Assembly: GCA_035249605.1 (NCBI GenBank)
Contig: DATFGI010000028.1
Location: 4,616 to 68,615, forward strand
DNA from: Acidimicrobiia bacterium
GTDB taxonomy: Bacteria; Actinomycetota; Acidimicrobiia; Spongiisociales; ZC4RG35
DNA: 64,000 nt
Direction of reading: 5' to 3'
Shown here: one piece after another, positions 42,702 to 52,389 of the stretch
Layout: the number at the start of each line of letters is the position of its first letter
Numbering within the stretch: the stretch's first letter is position 1
Program-made: the position numbers and the translations under genes
Notes under the pieces: generated by a model
The model's database searches: none
What the model saw: only the letters and a program-made list of their open reading frames with translations
Told to the model about the DNA's origin: nothing

Positions 42702-43130
42702 GTGGCCAAGCAGTACCGGATGACCCCGGGCAAGCGTGTCGTCTCCTGGATGACCAGTGTGCTCTCCCGGCTCGGCGTGGGAGCCTTCGTGGTGATGACC
42801 ACCGTGGGCAGGAAGTCGGGGGAGTCCAGAGACGTGACGGTCGCTCCGATCTCGGACGACGATGGGGACTATGTGGTGTCACCCTACGGTGAGGTCTCCT
42901 GGGTCCGCAACGTTCGCGCCGATCCCCGGGTGAGGCTGCGTCGCGGCGGGACAGAATCGACGGCCGAGCTGGTGGAGATCACCGGGGAGAGGCCCCATCT
43001 GGTCGAGGGCTACTACCAGCGGGAGTCATTCGCCCGACAGTTCATGGACCTCCCCGATGACCCGACATCGGAGGATTTCGTCACCCTCGCCGACCGCTTC
43101 CCAGTGTTCCGGATACTCCCCGAGGGCTGA
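42702..43130 (+). CDS. Deazaflavin (F420)-dependent nitroreductase-family protein (DUF385), second copy.
   Basis: VMTTVGRKSGESRDVTVAPI...YVVSPYGEVSWVRNVRADPRVRLRRGG. Confidence 0.75.
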   Translation: MAKQYRMTPGKRVVSWMTSVLSRLGVGAFVVMTTVGRKSGESRDVTVAPISDDDGDYVVSPYGEVSWVRNVRADPRVRLRRGGTESTAELVEITGERPHLVEGYYQRESFARQFMDLPDDPTSEDFVTLADRFPVFRILPEG

Positions 43131-43204
43131 ATCCGATCCTTGTAATTCGGAGGGTGACGCGTGAAGCTGTCACCTTGGCGACCACTTCCAAGGAGACCTG
43201 ACCG

Positions 43205-44512
43205 GTGGCATCCACCTACGTCCTCGACACCTGTGTCCTCCTCGCCGACCCCCACTCCTTGACCCGATTCGATGAGCATCACCTGGTGCTCCCTTTGGTG
43301 GTGGTCGAAGAGCTCGACCGCAAGAAGACCCGCCTCGACGAAGTGGGCGCCAACGCCCGCAGCGCCATCCGGCTGCTCGAGGAGCTGGGCGCGTCCGCAT
43401 CCGGCGGGATGCGCGATCCGGTACCGCTTCCGGGGGGAGGGACGCTGCGCATCGAGCTCAATGGTGTGGTCTCCGAGAGGCTCCCGGCCGTGCTCGACCC
43501 CACCTCCCCCGATCATCGAATCCTCGCCACCTGTCTCAATCTGAGCGAGTCCACGGACCCAGTCTTGGTCACCAAGGACGCCGCGCTCCGCATCAAGGGG
43601 GCACAGCTCGGGGTCGCCGTACAGGACTATCGGGCGGACACGGTTCGGGCGGACCAGCTCCACTCCGGTGTGATCGAGCACGAGGTCGATGGTGGGACCA
43701 TCGATCGGCTCTACGACGAGGGCAAGCTCGAGATCGACGGGCTCGGGGCGCCGGTGAACGAATTCGTCGTGCTCAAGAACGGCGCCTCCCGCTCAGCCCT
43801 GGCGCGCATCATCCAGGCGGATCCGACGACTGTGGTGGAACGCATGCCCAGCCATGTCCGCGCCTTCGGCGTGGAGCCCAAGAATCTCCGTCAGACCGTT
43901 GCCCTCCACCAGCTCCTCGACCCCGACATCCCCGCGGTGTCGGTGATGGGGATGGCGGGCACCGGCAAGACCTTCCTCGCCCTGGCCGCGGCTCTGGAGC
44001 AGGTCCTGGAGCAGGGACGCTACCGAAGGGTCGCGGTATACCGGCCACTGGTGGCGGTGGGTCGTCAAGAGGTGGGCTACCTCCCCGGCGACCTCAACGA
44101 GAAGCTCGCCCCGTGGATGGCGGCCGTCCACGACAACCTGTACGCCTTGTTCTCCGAGGCCGGGGCCGACGGCGCCCGCCACGCCATCGAGGAGCTGATG
44201 GATCGGGGCGAGTTGGAGATGGCGGCGGTCACCTATCTGCGGGGCCGTAGCATCACCGGGGAGTTCGTGATCATCGACGAGGCACAGAACCTGGAGTTGC
44301 CCACTCTCAAGGTCATCCTGACCCGGATGTCGCGGGACTCCAAGGTGGTGTTCTGCGGCGACCTCTCCCAGGTGGACAATCCGTATATCTCGCCGTACGG
44401 GGGGATGGCCGCCCTCATCGAGCGGTTCAAGCACTCCCCGATGTTCGCCCACGTCACCCTGGAGCGATCGGTCCGCTCACCCCTCGCCGAGATGGCCGCC
44501 ACGGTCCTTTAG
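43205..44512 (+). CDS. phoH2: PhoH2: PIN-domain RNase fused to a PhoH-like ATPase.
   Basis: PIN N-terminus (YVLDTCVLLADP) and PhoH Walker A GMAGTGKTFLALAAAL, with Walker B FVIIDEAQN. AAGGAG RBS precedes GTG 43205. Confidence 0.85.
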   Translation: MASTYVLDTCVLLADPHSLTRFDEHHLVLPLVVVEELDRKKTRLDEVGANARSAIRLLEELGASASGGMRDPVPLPGGGTLRIELNGVVSERLPAVLDPTSPDHRILATCLNLSESTDPVLVTKDAALRIKGAQLGVAVQDYRADTVRADQLHSGVIEHEVDGGTIDRLYDEGKLEIDGLGAPVNEFVVLKNGASRSALARIIQADPTTVVERMPSHVRAFGVEPKNLRQTVALHQLLDPDIPAVSVMGMAGTGKTFLALAAALEQVLEQGRYRRVAVYRPLVAVGRQEVGYLPGDLNEKLAPWMAAVHDNLYALFSEAGADGARHAIEELMDRGELEMAAVTYLRGRSITGEFVIIDEAQNLELPTLKVILTRMSRDSKVVFCGDLSQVDNPYISPYGGMAALIERFKHSPMFAHVTLERSVRSPLAEMAATVL

Positions 44513-44516
44513 GCCC

Positions 44517-44563
44517 GTGCGTGTGCACAGGTCGGGACAGAGTCCCGACCTGTGCACACGCAC
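44517..44563. repeat. Perfect 22-bp-stem palindrome at the phoH2/topA convergent junction, of the same arm family as 16127-16169.
   Basis: GTGCGTGTGCACAGGTCGGGAC-AGA-GTCCCGACCTGTGCACACGCAC. Its right end touches the topA stop codon. Confidence 0.7.
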
Positions 44564-47157
44564 TAGGTCCCGATCCGGTCCCGCCGCGCCTGGAGAAGCT
44601 CAGCGGCGCGCTCGAGGGTGATTGCCTCCGGTGAGTCGCCCTTGCGCAGGGAGGCATTGACCTCCCCGTCGGTGACATAGGGCCCGTATCGGCCGGTACG
44701 GACCGACACTTTCTTGCCGGACACCGGGTCCTCGCCGATCTCTCGGATGTTCGAAGAACGTGCCTGGCCTCTGCGCCGGGGAGGCTCGGCGAGCAGACGC
44801 AGGGCCTCGTCCACGGTGATGCTGAACAGCTGCTCCTCGGTCTCCAGGCTGCGCTTGTCCTCACCTCTCTGGATGTAGGGCCCGTAGCGGCCGTTGAGGG
44901 CCTGGATCTCCACGCCTTGCTCGTCGGCCCCGACGGTCCGGGGCAGGGAGAGCAACTTGATGGCGTCGTCGAGGCTCAGTTCGTCCATGTCCATCCCCTT
45001 GAACAACGATGCCCGCTTCGGCCTCTCCTTGGAACCCTCCTCCTGCTCGCCCAGCTGCACGTATGGCCCGAAGCGCCCGGTCTTCCCGTACACGGTGAGC
45101 CCGGTCTCGGGATCGGTGCCAAAGATCTTGTCACCCCGGTTCTGCATCTCGATGAGCTCGAGTGCCTTCTCCACGGTCACCTCGTCGGGGGCGAGGTCAG
45201 GGGGGATCGACCCCCGCTCGTCACCGAGCTCGACGTAGGGGCCGTATCGGCCGATGCGGGCCACGATCTCGGTTCCCGACTCGTCTTGGCCGATCGGGAT
45301 CGAGTTGACCGCCCGTGGGTCGATCTCATCGAGCCGGGTGGCCACCCGCTCCTTGAGACCGTCCTCCCCGAAGTAGAAGGCAGACAGCCAGGGCACCGTC
45401 TCCTCCTCGCCGCTGGCGATCCGGTCGAGGTCCGACTCCATCTCCGCGGTGAACTCGTAGTCGATGAGGTTGGGGAAGTGATTCTCGAGGAGGGTGACAA
45501 CCCCGAAGGCGGTGAATGTGGGGACGAGGGCGGAGCCCTTCTTGAAGACGTAGCCGCGGTCCTGGATCGTGGTCATGATCGAGGCGTAGGTCGAGGGGCG
45601 ACCGACACCGAGCTCCTCGAGCTTCTGGACCAGCGACGCCTCGGTATACCGGGCCGGGGGCCGGGTCTCGTGCCCGGTGGGCTCGAGACGCTCCACGGCG
45701 AGGCCGTCGCCCTGCTGCATGGGGGGCAGGATCGACTCCTTGTCGTCCAACTCCGACTCGGGGTCGTCGCTCCCCTGAACGTAGGCGCGGAGGAAGCCGG
45801 GGAAAGTGATGGTCCGCCCCGATGCGGCGAACACTGTCTTCTCGCCGCTCTCCGCGGTCGCTCCGAGACGTACCGAGACTGAGACACCTTTGGCATCGGC
45901 CATCTGTGAGGCCACGGTCCGCTTCCAGATCAGGTCGTACAGCGCGGCCTCATCCCTGGCCACCTCGGCTCCGACCTGTTCTGGAGTGAGGAAGTCGCCG
46001 GCGGGGCGTATCGCCTCATGCGCCTCCTGGGCGCCCTTCGCCTGCTTTCCCGTGTAATTGCGCGGGGACGGGGAGAGGTACTCGTCTCCGTACAGCTTGC
46101 TCACCTGGGCCCGGGAGGCAGCGACGGCGGCGTCGGAGAGCTCCACCGAGTCGGTCCGCATATAGGTGATGTGCCCGTTCTCATAGAGACGTTGGGCCAC
46201 AGACATGGTGCGTGATGAGGAGAAACGCAGCTTGCGTCCCGCCTCCTGCTGCAGGGTCGACGTCCTGAAAGGCGGATAGGGCCGTCTCGTGTAGGGCTTC
46301 GACTCCACCGATTCGACGCGGAACTCGGCGCTCTCCAGAGCCGTAGTCAGGTCGGTCGCCCGCTGCTTGTCGAGGATGACGACGTCGCCCTTGGCGTCGC
46401 CATCCGAGTCGAAATCGCGCCCGGTGGCGACCCGGGTCTCCCCGATCGAGTGAAGTGTCGCCGGGAAGGTCTTGTCCAGGGCGTCGACGGGGGCGAAGGA
46501 CCCCTCGATCGACCAGTAGCCGGCGGCGACGAAAGCCATCCGCTCCCGCTCCCGTTCCACGACGATCCGCACTGCGACACTCTGCACCCGGCCCGCGGAG
46601 AGGCGGGGCTGCACCTTCTTCCATAGGACCGGTGACACTTCGTATCCGTACAGACGGTCCAGGATGCGTCTTGCCTCCTGGGCGGAGACCAGCCTTTCGT
46701 CGAGGTCGCGGGGGTTGGAGAAGGCCTCTTCGATCGCGGGCCGGGTGATCTCGTGGAAAACCATCCGCTTCACCGGGACCTTGGGCTTGAGCACCTCTAC
46801 CAGGTGCCATGCAATCGCCTCTCCTTCCCGATCCTCGTCGGTCGCCAGGTAAAGCTCGTCAGCATCCTCGAGCAGGTCCTTGAGCTTCTTCACCTGGCCT
46901 TTGCGCTCCTTCGGGACCACGTATAGAGGCTCGAAGTCGTTTTCGACGTCGACTCCGAGCCGCGCCCAGTCCTCCCCTTTGGCGCTGGCGGGGATTTCCG
47001 CCGCCGATCGGGGCAGGTCGCGGATGTGGCCCATCGACGACTCCACGGTGGAGTCGGGCCCGAGGAAAGTGGAGATGGTTCGGGCCTTGGTTGGGGACTC
47101 GACGATGACGAGGCTCTTGGGCATTGGCTCGCAGTTGACACCATCACCTCGGCTCAT
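44563..47157 (-). CDS. topA: DNA topoisomerase I.
   Basis: Toprim N-terminus LVIVESPTKARTI, active-site region ITYMRTDS, and four C-terminal GR(Y/F)GPY repeats (actinobacterial type, no zinc fingers). Start is ATG 47157 or ATG 47124. Confidence 0.93.
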   Translation of the reverse strand: MSRGDGVNCEPMPKSLVIVESPTKARTISTFLGPDSTVESSMGHIRDLPRSAAEIPASAKGEDWARLGVDVENDFEPLYVVPKERKGQVKKLKDLLEDADELYLATDEDREGEAIAWHLVEVLKPKVPVKRMVFHEITRPAIEEAFSNPRDLDERLVSAQEARRILDRLYGYEVSPVLWKKVQPRLSAGRVQSVAVRIVVERERERMAFVAAGYWSIEGSFAPVDALDKTFPATLHSIGETRVATGRDFDSDGDAKGDVVILDKQRATDLTTALESAEFRVESVESKPYTRRPYPPFRTSTLQQEAGRKLRFSSSRTMSVAQRLYENGHITYMRTDSVELSDAAVAASRAQVSKLYGDEYLSPSPRNYTGKQAKGAQEAHEAIRPAGDFLTPEQVGAEVARDEAALYDLIWKRTVASQMADAKGVSVSVRLGATAESGEKTVFAASGRTITFPGFLRAYVQGSDDPESELDDKESILPPMQQGDGLAVERLEPTGHETRPPARYTEASLVQKLEELGVGRPSTYASIMTTIQDRGYVFKKGSALVPTFTAFGVVTLLENHFPNLIDYEFTAEMESDLDRIASGEEETVPWLSAFYFGEDGLKERVATRLDEIDPRAVNSIPIGQDESGTEIVARIGRYGPYVELGDERGSIPPDLAPDEVTVEKALELIEMQNRGDKIFGTDPETGLTVYGKTGRFGPYVQLGEQEEGSKERPKRASLFKGMDMDELSLDDAIKLLSLPRTVGADEQGVEIQALNGRYGPYIQRGEDKRSLETEEQLFSITVDEALRLLAEPPRRRGQARSSNIREIGEDPVSGKKVSVRTGRYGPYVTDGEVNASLRKGDSPEAITLERAAELLQARRDRIGT

Positions 47158-47203
47158 GTCAATCTCTGTCCTCGTGTCCCGGCCCGGAGTTACCGTGTCA
47201 CCG

Positions 47204-47791
47204 GTGAGCAAATACATCGCTCTAGAAGGCGTCGACGGGAGTGGGAAGAGCACAGTGGCCAGTGCCCTGGTCGACCGTCTCGTCGCTACGGGGGCTCGAG
47301 CAATCCTCGTGCGCGAGCCGGGTGGCACCGAGCTGGGCGAGGCCGTGCGCTCCCTCCTCCTCGACTCGGAGCGACTCGACGACTGGGCGGAGGTCTTTCT
47401 CTTCGCCGCTCAGCGCGCCGAGTTGGCCCGCGAGGTGATAGTCCCCGCCCTCGAGACGGATCGCTGGGTGGTCTCCGACCGCACGTACTACTCCTCGATC
47501 GCCTACCAGGGACGGGCCCGTGGGCTTGGCGAGGAGAGGGTGCGCTCAATCAACGAGACCGGCCTCGACGGGGTGCTCCCCGACCATGTCTTCATCCTCG
47601 ACGTCGACCCCGGGGTGGCGTTGCAGCGTCAGGACGGACCCGACCGCATAGGCAGGGAAGGACTCGAGTTTCAAGCCGAGGTGAGGGCCGCCTATCTCGA
47701 CCTCGCCGGTTCCGACGACAGAGTGGTGCTCCTCGACGGTTCACTCACCGTCGACGAGCTCGTGACCAAGATCCTGGAGATGGTGACTTGA
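47204..47791 (+). CDS. tmk: Thymidylate kinase.
   Basis: YIALEGVDGSGKST P-loop, VREPGGT and SDRTYYSSIAYQG. GTG 47204 lies 7 nt after a TACCGT hexamer. The track ORF is over-extended across the topA start. Confidence 0.85.
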   Translation: MSKYIALEGVDGSGKSTVASALVDRLVATGARAILVREPGGTELGEAVRSLLLDSERLDDWAEVFLFAAQRAELAREVIVPALETDRWVVSDRTYYSSIAYQGRARGLGEERVRSINETGLDGVLPDHVFILDVDPGVALQRQDGPDRIGREGLEFQAEVRAAYLDLAGSDDRVVLLDGSLTVDELVTKILEMVT

Positions 47792-48810
47792 CCGGGCTCT
47801 TCGACGACATCATCGGCCACGACGGGGTCATCGAGCTCCTCGAGTCGGAGCTGGACCACCCCGGCCAGGCTTACCTGCTGGTCGGACCACAGTCGGTGGG
47901 AAAGGAGGCCATCGCCCTCCGCTTCGCAGCCGGGCTGCTCGGTGGTATCGAGGACACTCGGGCCCGGAGGCTCGCCTTGGCCTCCACCCATCCCGACCTG
48001 CGCGTCCTCGAGCCTGAGGGTGCGACCAGCCTGGGGGTGGAACAAGCCCGGGAGGTGGTGTCCCGGGCTTCGTTGGCCCCGGTGGAGGCAGACCGCAGCG
48101 TTTTTCTCTTCCCGGATGCCGGGTCCATGACCGACCAGGCCGCCAACGTGCTGCTGAAGACACTGGAGGAGCCATTGGCCCAGGTGGTCTTCATCCTCGT
48201 CGCCGAGTCCGAGGACGACTTCCCGCCCACGGTTGCCTCGCGGTGCCGCACCATCCATGTGGGCAGGGTGCCTCTCCCCGAGATGGTCTCGGCCCTCACC
48301 GGGCGAGGCCTCGACGAGGACGCGGCAACCGGGGTGGCGGTGGTGTCCGGGGGACGTCCCGGGCTCGCCCTGGCGCTGATGAATCAGCCGGAGGTAGCCC
48401 GGTTCCGGGAGATGTGGCTCGCCATACCCGGTCTGGTCACTCCACATCCCGGTGACGGGCAACGTCTCGCCACGGAGCTGCTCAGCGAGCTGGAGCCGTT
48501 GGTCGAGGATGCGGTGCCGGAGGATCTGCCCAAGGACAAGGCGCAGCGAGCCCGGCGCCGCGCCGAGATGTCGCTACTGGTCAACGGGCTCGAGATCCTC
48601 GCCTCGTGGTATTCCGACTCGGCGTCGCTGCAGTTGGGGGGTCCCATCCGCAACCGCGACCTCGAGCTCGCCTCCCTCACCGACGTGGCTCCCCGCCGGG
48701 CGGTGGCGGCGGCAGAGGCGGTGCTCGACGCGGTGGTCGACATCCAGGCCAACCTTCGGCGCGAGTTGGTGTTGGCCAACCTCTTCTCCTCCCTCGGTTC
48801 CGTCGAGTGA
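47788..48810 (+). CDS. holB: DNA polymerase III delta' subunit.
   Basis: TTG start overlaps the tmk stop (TTGA). IIGHDGVIELL...AYLLVGPQSVGKEA and ANVLLKTLEEP are present. Confidence 0.8.
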   Translation: MTGLFDDIIGHDGVIELLESELDHPGQAYLLVGPQSVGKEAIALRFAAGLLGGIEDTRARRLALASTHPDLRVLEPEGATSLGVEQAREVVSRASLAPVEADRSVFLFPDAGSMTDQAANVLLKTLEEPLAQVVFILVAESEDDFPPTVASRCRTIHVGRVPLPEMVSALTGRGLDEDAATGVAVVSGGRPGLALALMNQPEVARFREMWLAIPGLVTPHPGDGQRLATELLSELEPLVEDAVPEDLPKDKAQRARRRAEMSLLVNGLEILASWYSDSASLQLGGPIRNRDLELASLTDVAPRRAVAAAEAVLDAVVDIQANLRRELVLANLFSSLGSVE

Positions 48811-48901
48811 TTTTGTCGTGCTGCGAACCCCTCGTGGGGCATTGACGGCCCATCCCTCGACCTTGGCCGAGATCCAACCGTCGCCGTAGAATGGGGGCTC
48901 C

Positions 48902-48973
48902 GCCGGAGTAGCTCAGTGGTAGAGCAATTCACTCGTAATGAATAGGCCAGGGGTTCGACTCCCCTCTCCGGCT
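48902..48973 (+). tRNA. tRNA-Thr (anticodon CGU).
   Basis: Cloverleaf GCCGGAG-TA-GCTC-AGTGGTA-GAGC-A-ATTCA-CTCGTAA-TGAAT-AGGCC-AGGGG-TTCGACT-CCCCT-CTCCGGC-T. CCA is not encoded. Confidence 0.88.
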
Positions 48974-48978
48974 CCGAC

Positions 48979-49185
48979 GTGATTCGTAGCAGCGAGCTCA
49001 TCGTGATCCTCCTCGGCATCATTCCGCTCGTCTGGGCTCTGGGCGATGTCCTGCGTTGGCCGACGAGTGCCTGGACAGCCGCGGGACAGAGTCGATCGCT
49101 GTGGATCCTCGTCTTGATCATCCTCCCGCTCATCGGCCCCTTGTTGTACCTCCTATTCGCCCGGCCACGACTCGACCCTCGCTGA
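48979..49185 (+). CDS. PLD-nuclease-N-terminal-domain (PLDc_N) small membrane protein.
   Basis: Two TM helices with the typical WILVLIILPLIGPLLYLLF motif. 68 aa. Confidence 0.7.
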   Translation: MIRSSELIVILLGIIPLVWALGDVLRWPTSAWTAAGQSRSLWILVLIILPLIGPLLYLLFARPRLDPR

Positions 49186-49238
49186 CCGCTCGCCCCCAAG
49201 TCGTGACCCCTGACACCCCCGGCTAGCGTGCCGCCCTC

Positions 49239-49817
49239 ATGGCCGATCAGGCGAATTTCGAGCAAGACGCCCTGCAGTATTCGCGTCAGCTCTACTCGGC
49301 CGCGATGCGAATGGCCCGCAACCCTTCCGACGCCGAGGACCTCGTCCAGGAGACCTTCCTCAAGGCATATCGGGCGTATCACACCTTCGAGGAGGGCACC
49401 AACCTCAAGGCATGGCTCTACCGGATCCTGACCAATACGTACATCAACAAATACCGCAAGGAGTCCCGTCGCCCCAGCGAGGTCGACCTGGGCGACGTCG
49501 AGGACCTCTACCTGTACCGCCGCCTGGGCTCGGAGGAGTCGGCCGACGCCTCCCGCACCACCGAGGACAGAGTGCTCGACGGACTGGTCGAGTCCGACAT
49601 CAAGTCGGCGGTCGAGGAGCTACCCGAGAACTTCCGGATCCCGGTCCTACTGGCCGATCTCGAAGGGTTCTCCTACAAGGAGATCGCCGAGATCCTGGAC
49701 ATTCCGATCGGTACCGTGATGTCACGGCTGCATCGCGGAAGAAAAGCCATGCAAAAGCGGTTGTGGGAATTTGCGAGCCAGCGAGGGCTCCTTCCCGAGG
49801 ACGCAGAGAGACCATGA
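49239..49817 (+). CDS. sigH: ECF sigma factor of the SigH/SigR/SigE group.
   Basis: Region 2 ([31 protein letters not shown]) and region 4 ([25 protein letters not shown]). It is followed by a ZAS anti-sigma gene. Confidence 0.85.
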   Translation: MADQANFEQDALQYSRQLYSAAMRMARNPSDAEDLVQETFLKAYRAYHTFEEGTNLKAWLYRILTNTYINKYRKESRRPSEVDLGDVEDLYLYRRLGSEESADASRTTEDRVLDGLVESDIKSAVEELPENFRIPVLLADLEGFSYKEIAEILDIPIGTVMSRLHRGRKAMQKRLWEFASQRGLLPEDAERP

Positions 49818-50047
49818 GCAACGAGTGCGGCGAAGCCAGGAGGCATCTCTACGCTTATCTCGACGCCGAGCTCGACTCGGCGGCGGCGGCCGAGGTGAGG
49901 GCCCACCTCGAGGACTGTCCGCCTTGTCTGCACTCCTTCGACTTCGAGCGCCGGCTCAAGGTCACCATTCGCACCTGCCTCAACGAGGAGATGCCGGAGA
50001 GCCTGCTCGACAAGGTGAGGGACCTGATACGCCAGGAGACTGGATAG
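49814..50047 (+). CDS. rshA: Zinc-binding anti-sigma factor (RsrA/RshA type).
   Basis: ATGA overlap with the sigma gene. ZAS motif HLEDCPPC (HxxxCxxC) plus an N-terminal Cys. 77 aa. Confidence 0.85.
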   Translation: MSNECGEARRHLYAYLDAELDSAAAAEVRAHLEDCPPCLHSFDFERRLKVTIRTCLNEEMPESLLDKVRDLIRQETG

Positions 50048-50083
50048 TTCGCCCACCCCAATGGCTAGCGGTATCCTGAACTG

Positions 50084-50401
50084 ATGGGTCGCATCGGTCG
50101 CAACGCCACTCTCGCCGCCCTCATCGGCCTCATAGTCGTGGGTCTCTCCCTCACTGTGCTGGCCGCGGAGGAGGGTGGTGATGGGTCGGGTGGGACGGAG
50201 GTCACGACGACCACACTCGCCAGCGGTCTGACCCCGGCGGTGGAGATGAACGAGGTCGAGGGAGTCCCGGCGCAGGAAGACTGGACCTACCGCTACATGG
50301 TCCCCACGGCGTTGGCCCTGGCTGTCGTGATCGTCCTCGTCACCGCAATCAAGTACTTCACCGACGTGGTGCGCAAGCGGTATCGCATCATCGAAGAGTG
50401 A
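50084..50401 (+). CDS. Hypothetical two-TM membrane protein.
   Basis: 105-aa ORF with GC3 bias. TATCCT hexamer lies 6 nt upstream of the ATG (apparently leaderless). Confidence 0.55.
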   Translation: MGRIGRNATLAALIGLIVVGLSLTVLAAEEGGDGSGGTEVTTTTLASGLTPAVEMNEVEGVPAQEDWTYRYMVPTALALAVVIVLVTAIKYFTDVVRKRYRIIEE

Positions 50402-51438
50402 CCTCTTCACGCCCGAGCTGGGGCAGTCTCTCCAGCCGCCTCGCCGGCGGCTATCCCCTCGCTGCGACCTACCACTGGGCCAATCTCGGGGACGAGATGA
50501 ACCGGGTGACCGCCGAGGTCTCCGAGGTCGTTCCCACCGCCACCGGCCTCGATCTGCCCGGATCGCCGGTCACCATGGTCATCGATCGCGCCGAGTGGAT
50601 CGACCGCAACGTGGCCACCTTCGCGCTGCTGACCGAGCCCGCACGCCGCAAACTGGAGGAGCGCATGGCGGAAGCCGGCTCCGGTCAGTCGGCCGCGGTC
50701 CTGGCCGGGCGGCTGCTGGCAGCCGAAACCAGAGCGGTGCTCTCGGTGCTCGCCCGGAGGGTCCTCGGCCAGTACGAGCTGGTCCTACCCAGCGGTGAGG
50801 CCGGCGACATCGTCGCCTACGTCGGGCCCAACATCCTGCAGTTGGAACGGGCCCACCAGTTCAATCCGAGCGAGTTTCGGTACTGGGTTGCGCTTCACGA
50901 GATGACCCATCGCGCCCAGTTTCAAGGTATCCCCTGGATGAGAGGCTATTTCCTCGATCTGGTGACCGAGCTGGTGGAGTCCTCACGACCCGAGCCGGGC
51001 ACCCTGGGCCGGGTCGTCGACCTGATCGGCCAGCGCCGCGCCGCCGGCACCCCGATCATCGACGAACGAGGGCTATTCGGTCTGTTCGGCACCCGGGAGC
51101 AGAATGCAGTGGTGGACAAGGTGCAGGCTCTGATGTCGCTGCTCGAGGGTCATGGTCATGTCGTGATGGACAGGGTGGGGGCGGAGCGTCTCAGGTCCCA
51201 GGAGCGGATGAGCCGGATCCTGAAGGGGAGACGTCAGGACCGGAGGACCCGTGCCTTCTTCAGGCTCACCGGTCTGGAGATGAAGCTGAAGCAGTACAAG
51301 CAGGGGGAGCGCTTCGTCCAAGGAGTGGAGCGTGAGGCCGGGTGGGACACGGTGCGTCTCGCCTTCCGCGGGGCGTCCAGCCTTCCCGATCTCGCCGAGA
51401 TCCGTGATCCGACCGCATGGCTGCGACGCGTCGCCTGA
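50398..51438 (+). CDS. Zinc-dependent metalloprotease, DUF2342 family.
   Basis: HEMTH zinc motif (VALHEMTHRAQF) and GTGA overlap with the upstream gene. It sits upstream of tilS as in mycobacteria. Confidence 0.8.
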   Translation: MTSSRPSWGSLSSRLAGGYPLAATYHWANLGDEMNRVTAEVSEVVPTATGLDLPGSPVTMVIDRAEWIDRNVATFALLTEPARRKLEERMAEAGSGQSAAVLAGRLLAAETRAVLSVLARRVLGQYELVLPSGEAGDIVAYVGPNILQLERAHQFNPSEFRYWVALHEMTHRAQFQGIPWMRGYFLDLVTELVESSRPEPGTLGRVVDLIGQRRAAGTPIIDERGLFGLFGTREQNAVVDKVQALMSLLEGHGHVVMDRVGAERLRSQERMSRILKGRRQDRRTRAFFRLTGLEMKLKQYKQGERFVQGVEREAGWDTVRLAFRGASSLPDLAEIRDPTAWLRRVA

Positions 51439-52313
51439 CCGAGCTGACCAAGGTCGCACTGGACAAGACGCAGCTGCCTTCGGGGCCGGTCACCGTGGCT
51501 CTCTCCGGCGGCGCCGACTCCGCCGCACTGGCCTACATCTGCCTGCAGGCCGGCGTCACGGTCGATGCCCTTCACGTCGACCACGGTCTTCCCGCCTCAC
51601 CACGGCTCGCCGCGGCCTCCGATGCGGTGGCGACCCGGCTCTCGATCCCCATCGAATCGGTGGCCGTCGAGATCGAGGAGGGGCCCTCGCCCGAGGAGCG
51701 CGCCCGCGAGGCCCGGTATTCGGCCTTCGACACCCGCGTCAACCCGGTCCTGACTGCCCACACCCGGGATGACAATGCCGAGACCATCCTCATCAACCTG
51801 ACGAGGGGAACCGGGCCATCCGGCCTGACCGGCATCCCCTATCACCGCCCTCCGGTCACCTACCGTCCCATCCTCGACATCAGCCGGAGCGAGACCCGGG
51901 AACTCGCCACTCTGGTCGGGCTCCCCTTCTTCGATGACCCGATGAACCAAGACCCCTCCCTCACCAGAAACCGGATCCGCCACAACATCCTCCCCATGCT
52001 CCGCGCGATCAACCCCCGGGTGGTCGAGGGCCTTGCCCGGGCCGCCACCTCACTCGACCGCGACGGCGCGTTTCTCGACTCGCTCGTGCCCGAGACAGGG
52101 GATGCACCCGGTGTGCCGACCGGCTTGGTGCTGACCCTGCCCAGGCCGCTCGCCGATCGGCTTCTCCAGCGTCTCCTGAATGACGAGGGGGTGGGGGTCA
52201 CCGCTGACCGGATGGAAAGGGCCTGGTCGGTCGTTCGCGGGGAGACAGAGGGGCAAGACCTCGCCGGTGGGCGCCGGCTCACCCGGCGTGGCGCATTGAT
52301 TCTGGTCGAGTGA
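51417..52313 (+). CDS. tilS: tRNA(Ile)-lysidine synthase.
   Basis: PP-loop VALSGGADSAAL, HVDHGL and TAHTRDDNAETILINL. Confidence 0.85.
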   Translation: MAATRRLTELTKVALDKTQLPSGPVTVALSGGADSAALAYICLQAGVTVDALHVDHGLPASPRLAAASDAVATRLSIPIESVAVEIEEGPSPEERAREARYSAFDTRVNPVLTAHTRDDNAETILINLTRGTGPSGLTGIPYHRPPVTYRPILDISRSETRELATLVGLPFFDDPMNQDPSLTRNRIRHNILPMLRAINPRVVEGLARAATSLDRDGAFLDSLVPETGDAPGVPTGLVLTLPRPLADRLLQRLLNDEGVGVTADRMERAWSVVRGETEGQDLAGGRRLTRRGALILVE

Positions 52314-52335
52314 CGGCGTCTTCGCCCTATCTCTG

Positions 52336-52353
52336 CGACAGACCACTAGCTTC
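52336..52353 (+). promoter_or_regulatory. 18-nt element CGACAGACCACTAGCTTC (copy 1, upstream of hpt), containing a TAGCTT -10-like hexamer.
   Basis: Identical 18-mer is found at 56566-56583 upstream of folE. Confidence 0.45.
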
Positions 52354-52389
52354 GTCGAGGACGACATAGGGACGAGGAGAAGGACCGGG

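Noticed and set aside
46880-47787. 5' extensions of track ORFs 46880-47791 (tmk) and 47026-48810 (holB).
   Set aside because: The extensions run antisense through the topA 5' end or through tmk in another frame. Recognisable tmk and holB sequence starts at 47204 and 47788.
49100-49238. Autoregulatory GGAAT-N18-GTT promoter upstream of sigH.
   Set aside because: No such motif is present in the ~140 nt upstream. Only a TAGCGT -10-like hexamer is present, 9 nt before the ATG.
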